Source of the DNA: Antedon mediterranea
Lineage: Eukaryota; Animalia; Echinodermata
Length of the DNA: 64,000 nt
NCBI RefSeq assembly: GCF_964355755.1
Contig: NC_092670.1
Coordinates: 10,898,795 to 10,962,794 of the forward strand
Reading direction: 5' to 3'
Under the pieces are notes generated by a model, which did no database searches, had not been told where the DNA came from, and was given only the letters and a program-made list of their open reading frames with translations. The position numbers were made by a program, and so were the translations under genes. Within the stretch, counting starts at the first letter, position 1; each line of letters starts with the position of its first letter. Positions 13,920 to 27,376 of this stretch are shown here, one piece after another.

Positions 13920-14185
13920 GGACGTGTTTCCTCGACATGATTTAGTGGTTTATAGGAGGTCGTCTAGGCGAGGCTCACCGACGAAACGTCAGTCAATCGA
14001 ATTAATAGAACCGTCTAACACAAAATTGAATGATGGAATACGTCACACATGATTGTGTTTAATTTTGGAATGCCATGTTTTATTTAATTTTAGTTTGTGC
14101 CTTCCATACCTGTCACTTTCTCTTGATGTAAAAAAGTGAAAATGATCACTCTTTTGTATTCCACTTTTAAAACAATTTACTCTTA

Positions 14186-15606
14186 CTAGATGGTACGCTC
14201 GCTTCGCTCGCGTACCATCTAGGTCGTGCCCACAGATGGTTCTCGAATACATAATAATTTCAGCGTTAAAAAACTGGCGATTTCAAATGTACGTACCGCA
14301 GGACAATAATACATGTCGTGTACAGGAACGAATAAATAGACACTGTGATTTATGTACTCAACTAAAATTAGCACCCTATTACTTCCGAAAGAGAAACTTG
14401 TCACAAAATAAGACCAATTGTTTAAGTCAAATTTAAACAAACTTAATTTGTGTTTTGTATGTAACATTAGGGTTGAGGGATGGGGAAGAGGATGGGTGCA
14501 AAGAGGAACAATGTTAAAATATATTCTTTATCCATTTAGTAACAAAATATTAATTGCTTTCATGTTTTACAAATAATATACCACTAAACACAGTAAAACA
14601 TTGCGATGTAATACTTTGTTGAAACTATCACCGTCCTAGTCGATTGAAATAGTACAGCACATGTAACGATACATCACTACGACGTGTATATGTTTATAAT
14701 ATAATGTAAAACAATTTGTGAAAACCACCTCTATTCGGGGAAAATAATAAATATTAAATTATCTAACTCAACTTAATTAGTAGGCCTAATGGTTTTCAAC
14801 TGTTTCTTAGAGCCAATTCATACTTAAGTTGGTTCCTACCCTACCCACCAAAGTTGTTCTGCGTTTAGGGCATGTGATGTACCGTAGGCCTATTCTCTAC
14901 TGGTTTTACAACGCTACTCATGCCAGTGAGGGAAAGGTGATGATGTGGGTGGTTTAACTGCAATAATAAAGATTTGTACATAATATACGGCGAGTGAAAA
15001 CGCTAGCTCATTATCCGTTAAAAAAAAATTATATCCAACCTCTGCAGCACAGATTGAAAACAAAAATGGATCGAATTTCGAGTATACAGTACTGTACTTG
15101 CCTTTACGACGCCTGAGGGAATAGACACTTGTGAAACAGAGATTGGAATGTTCCATTCATCGCAAATCAATACATTTGTATAATCGTATATTAAATCTAT
15201 CAAAATAGTATTTTTTAAAGAAAATCGGCCTGTCTTCAACATTATGATGCTGTACTCTAGCTGTTCAACCAGTTTTCAGCTATTAAAAACAATTATCGTA
15301 GGAGGAGATAGGAAAATGCGAAGCCTCCTCGTATTTCTGTGGCGGGTATTTTTCAAGATGGACATCCATTAGACAGTGTATACCACGATCGGAAAACACC
15401 CCTATTTGGGGCAAATCGTTGAACCTAAATTCGTTTTAATCGTCAATAACTAATTACCTAACTCAATTTAATTAGTAAACAGGGTTACATCAGATGGGTA
15501 AAATCAGTACCGAAAGTATGAACCAACTTTATATACCATCGAGTAGAAATTCTAGAAATAAACCGAGATTTACCGAATTTTGCCCTTACGTAAATTTATA
15601 TATAGA
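14186..15606 (-). mobile_element. Non-autonomous Helitron, 1421 bp
   Basis: On the minus strand begins TC after A and ends CTAG before T, with a terminal hairpin (CTAGATGGTACGC...GCGTACCATCTAG); highly similar inverted copy at 46316-47227. Confidence 0.85.
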
Positions 15607-15766
15607 TAACGAGTGAAATATCCACTCGCTCTGTTTTCAATTATGTAGCTGGCCGGCTGATTCGTGTCGCACGAATATTTCAGGCATGGCAGCAGATGTT
15701 AATACTCTTTATTTCATTATTATATTGCTGGGTATCTATATTATCAAAATGTAGTTATTTTTTAAG

Positions 15767-15902
15767 GTGTCTGTCCACGCGACGTCACTGACGTTAATGG
15801 CAATGAACATCGACCGATATTTTGCCATCGTGTATCCACTGAAATCCATCCGATATCGGACGCCTACCCTGGCACTCACTATCAACATATCAATCTGGAT
15901 CA
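15767..15902 (+). CDS. Kisspeptin-receptor-like GPCR, coding exon 2 (TM3-DRY-TM4)
   Basis: AAG|VSVHATSLTLMAMNIDRYFAIVYPLKSIRYRTP..W; 136 nt, phase 0 to 1, GTAAGT donor. Confidence 0.92.
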
Positions 15903-16846
15903 GTAAGTACATATTTTATATGGAATTATATCGGACGAAGACATGGCTAATTTTGAATACCGTTTATTCTTAGCCATTTTGTCCTGGAACCTATACACTC
16001 GTCTTAATGGGAGGACAAGTCTGAGGGTAAAGACTATAGGAATCGTATGTTCACTGTCCACAATTGCTAGTGTTAATTGCTTGTGTGCACTAGTACTATA
16101 ATAAGTATTCGTGACACTTGTGAATGCGGCATAGTTTGTTAATAGTTCAACCGTGGCGTACGGTCTAGTTTTTTTAATACTTTGTAATAATTTAGGTTAT
16201 TGATAGATATAGACAGTATTAGTTTCAAGATTAATTTGATAATGAAAAAAATATTGAATTAGTGTATGAGAGGAATGACACTGACTACAAGCGATGATCG
16301 TAATAAGATGGTTATATCAAGATGTCATTAGGTAAAGTGTGACTGACTATCGACAGTCATCTAGATACAAAAGTACTAGGTAGGTGTAATAAGCATGGTG
16401 ACGATTAAATTATACATTCACATAATATACAGCATCTAATTTATCACATGTGGAGCCTGTATCATGTAAGGTTAAGTTAAGGGTTAGGTTACTACACTAA
16501 ATACACATGTGATCTATTACCAAATATTCCTATGATACTTTGGAAATATAGATACAGTACCGAGAATCGGCTGGACACCTAACTCGAAAGAAAGTTTTCG
16601 TTAAATAACCTTTTATGCTGTCTTTGATAAAAATAATATTTATAAAATTCCAATAAATTTACGTCATGATAAATATAAAATCGTTGTATTATCACGATGT
16701 TATTGCTCTTACTGATCATGACGTCATTTGATTGGACGTGTGAAAATATCATTTTCATAAAAGGAAGCATAGATGGTTATTCTATATTTCTGGAATAAAA
16801 ATTGCTATTTATTTAATACTTTTTACATGAATTTTCTTCCATTTAG

Positions 16847-17421
16847 TTTCATCGCTTTTATCGATTCCAATTTCCATATTTTCAACGGTTATGGATTTCA
16901 ACGGAAGACATTACTGTGTTGAAGAGTTCAACGAACAAGGGTTGTTAGCGCACTACATTTACGTTGTGTTCAGTACCTACATAATCCCGCTCTCCGTCCT
17001 CGTTGTCTGCAACGTCAACATGTTGCGTCAACTGTGGAAGACGCGGGAACAGCTCCGAGACACAACATTAAGCCTGCACTCGATACAACAACGAAAGAAA
17101 GTTACCAAGATGATACTGCTGGTTGTTGTCTTTTTCTTTATTTGTTGGTTACCGATACACGTGATAAATCTGTGGCAAAGACTCGGTAATAGTATCAACA
17201 ATAACTTGGCCATTTCAAAGCTCAGGATTTTTGCTCTAACACTGGCGTACAGTCACTCGTGCGTAAACCCATTTGTATACGCGTTCATGGGCGAGAATTT
17301 TCGCGCGTGTTTTAGAAGAGCATTCCCGATGTGTACAAAAGTGAACCGAGTGAGGAATAGTAGTATGTTATTAAACAACAATCGGACAAGAGAAACACAG
17401 GTACAAAAGGACACGGTTTAA
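16847..17421 (+). CDS. Kisspeptin-receptor-like GPCR, coding exon 3 (TM4-TM7 and C-tail)
   Basis: TTTAG acceptor, in frame with the 16891 ORF; CWLPIH and SCVNPFVYAFMGENFR motifs; joined CDS 1056 nt = 351 aa plus stop. Confidence 0.92.
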
Positions 17422-18542
17422 GCTATAAGATCTTAATACCTTTCCATTTCACGGAATGAAATACATCGTTTTAGAAGCAGGTTGAATACCAAAACAGCGA
17501 CGTTTCCGTTCCAAATAGAATAAGCGTTGAATGCAGAGATTTATTATGTCCTTCCGTAACCTGAGTACGGTACCATACTGAATAACGACAAGTCGATTTC
17601 AATACTTTTTATTATATATATATATATATGTATATATTTAAAAAAATGGCAACTAATAATAATATCTTAAACTATCATCAATTTCTTTCTGACGAAGGAA
17701 TAGTGTTTGCAGGCTCATAGGCCTAATTCTTGCTGATTCTTCATTTTCGCTTATTTTATTTTGCATTACCATTGCGATCCAATAGTGGCCGTATTATATT
17801 CACACAATTGAGATATTTTCCTAGTGTTTAATAAAATTATTATCACAATATCACTTTATAAAATTGTGTGTAACGTCTCTGTCTACGGGTGACATGTCAA
17901 CCACAAAATCCCGTGATTACGTTTCTATAATATATTTTTCCTGACAACTATTAAAATGAACAAAGTGCACCTTTTATAACATTCTGATGACTAGCTGTTT
18001 GCAGTAGGCTCTACTTTTGAATGAGCGCACTTGAGTGGTGTTAAAGACTACAATACAGTATCTTTAACTTCAACATGTGCGTGCTCTAAGCGATCGCATT
18101 ACACTGTTTGTGTCGGACAATATTACTCCGCGAAAAATATGTACAGGCTGTACGCGCGCCCTCTCTGAGGAGGATACAGAAGGTATCAGGTCAAGTCAGG
18201 TAGGGCTGTTGGTCCCGGTCTGTCTGGGCCTACTTATAGAGGATAATTATAATAAAAGCAAAATTACCTTATTCTTTTAGTTAGGTGGCCTTGCAATAAC
18301 TCTAGGCTAGCATAGGCCTACTTTACTTAAGTAAGTTGTATATAGGCCTACACTATTCTAAGAGGGGAAGTAGGCCCTACGGTCGCGTCTGAAATCGGTC
18401 GCGTTTGAAATCGGTCGCGATAAAATCAACTTCCGGTATTTTGTATGGCGCGCCGCTAGAGCTATATTTAATTGATATTTTTTAGGAACTAGATTATTTA
18501 TGTGGATATTTTTTACTTGGTTAATAAATATTTATTATCAAT

Positions 18543-19909
18543 CAGGGCCGTAGCCAGGATCTGTCAAGGGGGGTTCGGACACTAAATATTTGGGTCAACC
18601 CCCCCCCCCCCCCCTGCGGGTGGGGCCTGATGCGAAGCGAATTTTGTTAAATGACACCCCTAGATGGCCGGAAAAGACACTCTCGTGCAGCATGCTACCG
18701 ATGAGCAAAAAGATCGTACTTTTTTCCTCCTTCTCAAACACGTCGATAATTTAAAGGACGATAACTATTTGTTGCCGTATGTTAGATGCGCGTGCTCTGT
18801 GTGCTGAACCGCCGATTGTTTGATCATTTACTCCGTATTTTGTTTTGCGTTCAAGTTCAATGCGAACGTACATCTAGGAGCAGTCCCGAAAAAAGCACAC
18901 TGGTTGAAGGCAAATGCTATTTGCTAGCTCTATCTATAATATTTATTTACAGCAATTTGTTGAGGAATATAAATATGTAAATAGGTGATATTGATACATT
19001 TTAGTACGTATCGGCTGGTGGTCTAGAAAAAAATAATCGGATGCCATAATGTGAACTACAGTACTTGATACCATAGATATTATAGTGTAAAATATTAATA
19101 TTCACTAATATACAAATAATGAATGTTTATGAGTGCAATGGTACAAATAATGGCACGAGGTGAATGACGAAAGGTTATATCAACGAGGCAAAGCCGAGTT
19201 GATATAACCTTTCATCATTCACCAAGTGCCATTATTTGTACCATTACACGAATACAAAACATTCATTATTTGTTTTATATAACATCTAGGCGTTTTTTTT
19301 TCGTACACAAAAATGTTTCAAAAAGTACTATTTAACGATCGTTGAATAGTGCGTACTATTGCACGCCATGTGACCCACAATCGTCCAATCAAATGACAGG
19401 AATTTATATAGGTGTTATATAAAATCCTCTATGATACATTATACTTCATAATCACACATAAATACTGATGTACGTCGGAAGGCTATATATACTTTATGCA
19501 TGCTGCCTGACTGCCAGTGATCTAAACAATTATAGGTACGCAGTTGTCTGGCGGTGTCCTTTGTACGAATCGTTCGTGCCCCAGTTCGCTATGAGACGCG
19601 TCAATATCATGTTACATGCAGGGACCAAACATTTATTTTTCAGGTTAAAATCGGCAATTCATTTGCAGCTTTTAGAAATTTACAGACACGTATCGCTAGT
19701 TGACGCTCATACAGAGAAGAAGGTTCACGAACAAGTTTACGAATTTTTCAATTCACAAACAACTTTGGGGCACGTATTTGGAGAATTTTTGGAGATGAGG
19801 GTGAGGTATTGGGCATGTCGGGGATGGGGGTTCGCAGTCGGTTAAGGGGGGTTCGCTGTAAAGGGGGGGTTCGCCCGAACCATAAAAACCCCCCCTGGCT
19901 ACGGGCCTG
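18543..19909. mobile_element. hAT-like non-autonomous element with apparent 5-bp TSD
   Basis: CAGGGCCGTAGCCAGG ... CCTGGCTACGGGCCTG TIRs; TCAAT on both sides; related fragment at about 30534-30860. Confidence 0.8.
19109..19425. mobile_element. Internally deleted copy of a terminal-hairpin element
   Basis: Reverse complement of the two ends of 54385-55300; hairpin of about 75 bp at 19112-19273. Confidence 0.75.
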
Positions 19910-20860
19910 TCAATCATTAAATTATTTTTTTTAAATATTTCACAGGTCTCGGAGAAGGACTGCGTCTTTTCAAAATGGCCATTTCTAAAACATTAGGCAT
20001 AATGTTATATTAGGCATATAATAATTTACCTCTATTTATATGTACTGTAATTAATATATTATTATATAGAGAATATACGTCTGTCGTGTCTTTTATTATG
20101 CAAACAATTACGTAAAAGAGAACAATTTATTTAAAAACAATAATTTTTACAATATAGCCCGTAAAGCCAGCGTATCCGTTTTTATACTTATGCATACTGT
20201 GGCAGATTATATCATATCCATGTCGTTAACAACATACTATTCGATCACCTTATTTTATTTCTATTTTATTTCTATCCGTTATGTAGGATAATATTAAGTG
20301 TATAATGATTATAGGTCTTTTGTTATTTAAACTTTGACCCTTGGCTTGTGTTATTTAATTAGTTGTTTTTTTAAAATTTTATTCATTGGACTTGATAATG
20401 ACTCCATGATGTAGTCGAAACATCGTTCTTTTTTTAAGCGTTATTTTTCTATTATGTATTTATATTGATTATTGTTGAGGCAAATCACGTGTATATTTTT
20501 ATTTCTAATGTTTCAAATAGTTTTTAGTAAAATGATCATTATATGCGGATGGTTAAAAGGCGAGTTACTGAAATAAACCCCCGAATAAGCCATATTGTGG
20601 AGATGCGCCTTCTATGATCGTGCAGCTGTTTCCCCTAACAATACATTTTATTTTGCTGACGGGGTTTCCTCATTTAAAAAAAACATGCACTTGTTAGTGT
20701 TAAATCATGGACAAAACACGTACGATCGTTGTCCATGGCGAGGTAAAGATGACGTCTATTACGAATAACCATACGTTTGAAACGTCTATAGGCCTCCTGC
20801 ATGTGTTTTTGTGAAACGATCCAATGAGCTACAGATGCTCGACGCGATTATGAGATCATG

Positions 20861-21005
20861 TTCATTCATTCATTCATTCTTTATTTAGCCTCTAAAATCG
20901 AAATATTAAAACGTAGGTAACAAAATCAAGACACGTGGAAATCTACGGAGGCAAGGATAAGCAAAAGCAATTAAAATCGCTGTAGCTCACAGGCTTGCTT
21001 ATCCA
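20861..21005 (-). mobile_element. L2-type LINE/SINE 3' tail
   Basis: Stem-loop GGATAAGCAA...TTGCTTATCC, AATAAA and (GAAT)n tail; inverted second copy at 33346-33492. Confidence 0.7.
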
Positions 21006-21663
21006 TAATAATTCTGAATAATACACTGTTTCTATAATTTGACAGTATGATTTATATATAATTTACGTATATACGTCGGCGATAGGCCTACTATAGATTT
21101 TAATTTGAATATCTTTTATTTCTTCATTTATAATAATCATCCGGCTCGATCCATACAAAATAGCGCGACCGATTTCAAACGCGACCGATTTCAAAAGGCA
21201 CTCTTTTTCGGGCCTCCGTCCCTCGTAACCTAAATTAAAACAGCATTACATTGTGAGACTCGGGCACTACCCATTATTGACCATTCAGCCATCTAACCGG
21301 ATTACAATGCATTGATATAACACATTAGTACAATAGCCATAGAGGGCGCTATATAGGATCTACAGTACGACTAGGTGTAGAGAGGCAGACAGTTCGTATT
21401 TAGTAAAGGCCTACTTTATACCAGGGAGTTGTAACTCCCTGTCTATACTAGAGTGGTATAGGCTATCACAAGTTTATTAATATTTGTTATATGTTTTTAA
21501 TCAGATTATTTTTTTATTTCTCTCATTTTTTTACAGCATAGTCAATGCATGGAGTAAAGGTCAATGGTTACACCATGCTATACATGACATCAAAATACAT
21601 CTTTATAATAATTAATTGAGGATCTTTTGTTAGTTGACGTATTATGACACGAAAGTTGTAAAG

Positions 21664-21851
21664 ATGTCAAGGGTATTGTTGATTGAGGCGTTCTATGCTG
21701 GCTCCCACTCTCAGTTGATCGACACTCTTGAGAAAGGCCTAGAAGGATGCGCTGTCAAATACACTTTGCCAGGGAAGAAGTGGCATTGGAGAGCACGGAC
21801 ATCAGCTCTATATTTTTCCGAAGTAATTTCACCTAGCCAAGAATACGATAG
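21664..21851 (+). CDS. GTDC1: GTDC1 / tRNA-queuosine alpha-mannosyltransferase, coding exon 1
   Basis: MSRVLLIEAFYAGSHSQL...YTLPGKKWHWRARTSALYFS matches the recalled human GTDC1 N-terminus. A phase-2 donor is needed: AG|GCAGTT (end 21851) or CA|GTTTGC (end 21854). Confidence 0.9.
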
Positions 21852-23526
21852 GCAGTTTGCTGCAGCACGTCGCTGAGGATATGCCCTACATATATTGCAT
21901 TTTTCTTGAGGTATTGCTTGTACCATTTGTTCGTGGGTAATTGTTTTCCACTGTAATTTCGCGTCAAGTGGCGTTACTTTTGTGTTTGTAACTCCCGCAA
22001 ACCGTCATATAAATCTGATTACAGTATTTCTTCGTATCGTGTGTGTGATGAAAGAGGAACGTGACAGCAGCAAAGATTGACTGTTGCCGTGTGTTTCGAG
22101 GAACGGGTGATGATGTAGCCCTGGGCCTAGCCTAGGCCTACTAGTACTAGCCTAGGCCTAGAGGAAGGCTTGGGTGGGCAGGACTTAACGTCGAAGAAAC
22201 CTAGTCTAGGCGGATCGTTTAGGCTAGGCTATCTTTTCAATTCATTCATGGTAGTTTTTAACTGTTGTAGCCTAGGCTCCTAGAGGCTAGGCCTGGTTAA
22301 TTAATGTTAAGCCTAGCCTAGGCTTGCTAGGCCTAGATCTATCTATATAGAATAGGGCCTAGCCTAAGGCCTAGCTACGCCTATACTATAGTGTAGCCCT
22401 ACTAGCTAGTAGTAGAAATAGAAGAGTGTAGCAGTAATAGTAAGCCTAGATAGTAAAGTAGGCCTAGTAGTAGTAGCAGGTAGCCTATAGTACTATACTA
22501 CTACTAGGCTAGCTAACAATAAACATTCAATTATTATTAATCAATGTTATACATGTACATTTTAATTTATAGATACATTTTTACAATTTAATGTAAAAAA
22601 CAGTAAAAAATACTAATTACTAAAAAGTTTAACAATATTAATATTTATTTTAACTTGTTTCTTGAAAGAAAAATGTATAGGGCCTATAAAGTTAAATTTT
22701 AATATTAATGTACTAGATACTATATCCTTTTATATCATAGATTAATGTGACCACTGTAGCATCTCTTTTACTGTAAATTAGTGTTATAACTACCTACTAC
22801 TAAGACCTATAAAATAGATTGTGAAGTAATTATTGGTCGTGTTGTATTTTAAAAAAAAAATAATAATAATTATGGTATAATTAATATTCATATCATCATA
22901 TTCATACTCGTCAGAACAAGTGCATAGGTGTGTTATTTGTATACATGTTGCAGACTTCTATATAGAATATTTTATTTTATGATTTTTTTTCTTTTTACGA
23001 TAGGGTAATAAAAATCTGCTGTACCAAAACACTTTCCTGACCTTGATTGGACTTGCAGTTGATAATGCCGTAAGGACTTGTGATTTTACCCAAGAAATTT
23101 AAATGCATTTTCCGGTAAATGGATTTATAATATCAAAATGTCCTACAATAAAACCTGGTGAATAAGAATGTTTAGTTTTATTTATATGATATTAAGAGAA
23201 ACTGTGGCTGATATAATACTTTTGTTTTTTGGTGCATCAATCTAGTTCCTGGTTGACATTTAATATTTGTTTGTTCTTTTTAGAGTGTATGGTAGCTGAA
23301 TTATTTTGTCTTGCATAGCTTGTTGGCTCCTTAAACAAACTTCAGCATCTGTTGAAAACAAATTTGCAATGATATAAAATATCAAGGTGCAAGATGTTAT
23401 ATATTTGTCTGTTACTCTACAGTATTATTTAATCGGGTCAATTTATGTACAGTATCTTTTATTCACATATTATAAATATTAATATAACACACTATCAAGG
23501 AAAAATTATTATTATATATATTTTGG

Positions 23527-26518
23527 TTCCATGTGATGAACACTAATAAAATCTAGCATATTTGAGCAATTGAATGCTGTTTAATTAAACTGTTTAATTA
23601 AACTGTTTAATTAAACAGCATTCAATTGCATAATTGCATTCAATTACGTAATTTCTGTGATTTTCCATGAGAGCGTGTTTTTTAATTAAACAGAATTTAA
23701 TTGCTTAAATAGACTTGATTTTTTCTTGTTTGAGTTTACTTTAGTTTCATGTGATGAACACTAATAATTTAATTCAATAAAATTAAATTTAAAGGTACAG
23801 TTACGTAATTTCTGTGATTTTCCTTGAGAGCGTGTTTTTTTAATTAAACAGCATTCAATTGCTTAAATAGACCTGATTTTTTCTTGTTTGAGTTTACTTT
23901 AGTTCCATGTTATGAACACTAATAATTTCATTCAATAAAAATAAATTTAAAGGTACAGTTACGTAATTTCTGTGATTTTTCTTGAGAGCGTGTTTTTTAA
24001 TTAAACAGCATTCAATTGCTTAAATAGACCTGATTTTTTCATGTTTGAGCTTAATTTAGTTCCATTTGATGAACACTAATAATTTCATTCAATAAAAATA
24101 AATTTAAAGGTACAGTTACGTAATTTCTGTGATTTTTCTTGAGAGCGTGTTTTTTAATTAAACAGCATTCAATTGCTTAAATAGACCTGATTTTTTCTTG
24201 TTTGAGTTTACTTTAGTTCCATGTGATGAACACTAATAATTTCATTCAATAAAAATAAATTTAAAGGTACAGTTACGTAGTTTCTGTGATTTTTCTTGAG
24301 AGCGTGTTTTTTAATTAAACAGCATTCAATTGCTTAAATAGACCTGATTTTCTCTTGTTTGAGTTTACTTTAGTTCCATGTGATGAACACTAATAATTTC
24401 ATTCAATAAAAATAAATTTAAAGGTACAGTTACGTAATTTCTGTGATTTTTCTTGAGAGCGTGTTTTTTAATTAAACAGCATTCAATTGCTTAAATAGAC
24501 CTGGTTTTCTCTTGTTTGAGTTTACTTTAGTTCCATGTGATGAACACTAATAATTTCATTCAATAAAAATAAATTTAAAGGTACAGTTACGTAGTTTCTG
24601 TGATTTTTCTTGAGAGTGTGTTTTTTAATTAAACAGCATTCAATTGCTTAAATAGACCTGATTTTTTTCTTGTTTGAGTTTAATTTAGTTCCATGTGATG
24701 AACACTAATAATTTCATTCACTAAAAATAAATTTAAAGGTACAGTTACGGAGTTTCTGTGATTTTTCTTGAGAGCGTGTTTTTTAATTAAACAGCATTCG
24801 ATTGCTTAAATAGACCTGATTTTTTCTTGTTTGAGTTTACTTTAGTTCCATGTGATGAACACTAATAATTTCATTCAATAAAAATAAATTTAAAGGTACA
24901 GTTACGTAATTTCTGTGATTTTTCTTGAGAGCGTGTTTTTTAATTAAATAGCATTCGATTGCTTAAATAGACCTGATTTTTTCTTGTTTGAGTTTACTTT
25001 AGTTCCATGTGATGAACACTAATAATTTCATTCAATAAAAATAAATTTAAAGGTACAGTTACGTAATTTCTGTGATTTTTCTTGAGAGCGTGTTTTTTAA
25101 TTAAACAGCATTCGATTGCTTAAATAGACCTGATTTTTTCTTGTTTGAGTTTACTTGTTCCATGGGATGAACACTAATAATTTCATTCAATAAAAATAAA
25201 TTTAAAGGTACAGTTACGTAATTTCTGTGATTTTTCTTGAGAGCGTGTTTTTTAATTAAACAGCATTCAATTGCTTAAATAAACCTGATTTTTTCTTGTT
25301 TGAGTTTATTTTAGTTCCATGTGATGAACACTAATAATTTCATTCAATAAAAATAAATTTAAAGGTACAGTTACGTAATTTCTGTGATTTTTCTTGAGAG
25401 CGTGTTTTTTAATTAAACAGCATTCGATTGCTTAAATAGACCTGATTTTTTCTTGTTTGAGTTTACTTTAGTTCCATGTGATGAACACTAATAATTTCAT
25501 TCACTAAAAATAAATTAAAAGGTACAGTTACGTAATTTCTGTGATTTTTCTTGAGAGCGTGTTTTTTAATTAAACAGCATTCAATTGCTTAAATAGACCT
25601 GATTTTCTCTTGTTTGAGTTTACTTTAGTTCCATGTGATGAACACGAATAATTTCATTCAATAAAAATAAATTTAAAGGTACAGTTACGTAGTTTCTATG
25701 ATTTTTCTTGAGAGCGTGTTTTTTAATTAAACAGCATTCAATTGCTTAAATAGACCTGGTTTTCTCTTGTTTGAGTTTACTTTAGTTCCATGTGATGAAC
25801 ACTATTAATTTCATTCAATAAAAATAAATTTAAAGGTACAGTTACGTAATTTCTGTGATTTTTCTTGAGAGCGTGTTTTTTAATTAAACAGCATTCGATT
25901 GCTTAAATAGACCTGATTTTTTCTTGTTTGAGTTTACTTTAGTTCCATGTGATGAACACTAATAATTTCATTCAATAAAAATAAATTAAAAGGTACAGTT
26001 ACGTAATTTCTGTGATTTTTCTTGAGAGCGTGTTTTTTAATTAAACAGCATTCAATTGCTTAAATAGACCTGATTTTTTCTTGTTTGAGTTTACTTTAGT
26101 TCCATGTGATGAACACTAATAATTTCATTCAATAAAAATTAATTTAAAGGTACAGTTACGTAGTTTCTGTGATTTTTCTTGAGAGCGTGTTTTTTAATTA
26201 AACAGCATTCAATTGCTGATTTTTTCTTGTTTGAGTTTATTTTAGTTCCATGTGATGAACACTAATAATTTCATTCAATCAAAATAAATTTAAAGGTACA
26301 GTTACGTAGTTTCTGTGATTTTTCTTGAGAGCGTGTTTTTTAATTAAACAGCATTCGATTGCTTAAATAGACCTGATGTTTTCTTGTTTGAGTTTACTTT
26401 AGTTCCATGTGATGAACACTAATAATTTCATTCAATAAAAATAAATTTAAAGGTACAGTTACGTAGTTTCTGTGATTTTTCTTGAGAGCGTGTTTTTTAG
26501 TTAAATAACATTCAATTC
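23527..26518. repeat. 157-bp satellite array, about 19 units, in GTDC1 intron 1
   Basis: TTCCAT(G/T)TGATGAACACT-type unit start recurs at 23903, 24060, 24217, 24374, 24531 and onward; units near-identical with no unique spacers. Confidence 0.97.
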
Positions 26519-26698
26519 AAATCTCCATTTTGTAACCACCATGAGTTCGGGTCCATTTAAACAAGCTGGGCAAGCTGTAAATTGTATTAATCCACTATGT
26601 ATGCATATTGTTTGTATTATTCAATAATTTTGTAATGAATCGATACCATTAACTACAACAAACAAGTGGTAGGGCTACTTAAAATTATTTATGTGGTC

Positions 26699-27376
26699 CA
26701 TAGTTACCAACCGTCTCGCATCGTTTGGGACGGTCCCGCATTTCAAGTGATTTTTAATGAAACACGCGTTTAAACCTAAGTAGGCCTATATACGATGCGT
26801 TATCATTTTTAACACAATTTGAGAGGAAAATGCATTTAAATTAATTGGTATATTTTAAAAGTATAGAACATTATACGAGTAGGCCTATTTATATTATTAC
26901 ACCACGCATCAATAAAATACGTAATATCAGGGAAAGTTACAATTAATGTGTCCGTGGTCGCTCGCCGTGACGAGGATGGGCCTATAACCATGTGGCGTTT
27001 GTCATGATCGCAATTACACATGACATGATTTTGTGTGCGTTTATAAAAGGAAACCCAATTTTCTTGCTATTGGTTGGTGGATCAGTTCAATTTTTACCCT
27101 CCAAAAAATGTTTTTTAATAAAATAAATTCATGAATCCGCATGAAAAACGTTGAATTATAGATTAACAAAAAAAGAGTAATATACAATCTAATAATATTT
27201 GCTTCGTTTACCGTACCGGAATACAAGAGGTGCCATTCATCATGAATTTTACGTGCGAGAGTAATATTTCCGGCCATAGGAGTGCCAGTGAACAAATTTG
27301 TTTCCATCGCAAGTCGCCACGAGGGGGTGGGGCCTGTAAATACGTATGTGTCCGATCACGCAGGTTGGTAAGTATG
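26699..27376. mobile_element. hAT-like non-autonomous element with 6-bp TSD
   Basis: CATAGTTACCAACC ... GGTTGGTAAGTATG TIRs flanked by GTGGTC on both sides. Confidence 0.8.

Larger units (their letters stand above)
18380..21200. mobile_element. DNA transposon remnant with inverted subterminal repeats, hosting nested elements
   Basis: TGAAATCGGTCGCG repeats at 18381-18420 are inverted at 21163-21195, followed by a mirrored TATTTTGTATGG; exact ends and TSD unresolved. Confidence 0.5.

Noticed and set aside
21950-22115. snoRNA or other ncRNA after GTDC1 exon 1
   Set aside because: TGATGA motifs are present but no properly placed D box or terminal stem was found, and no family was recognised.
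23527-26518. CRISPR-like regular array
   Set aside because: Whole 157-bp units repeat with no unique spacers, in a eukaryotic intron with no cas genes; it is a satellite. The same applies to 62240-64000.
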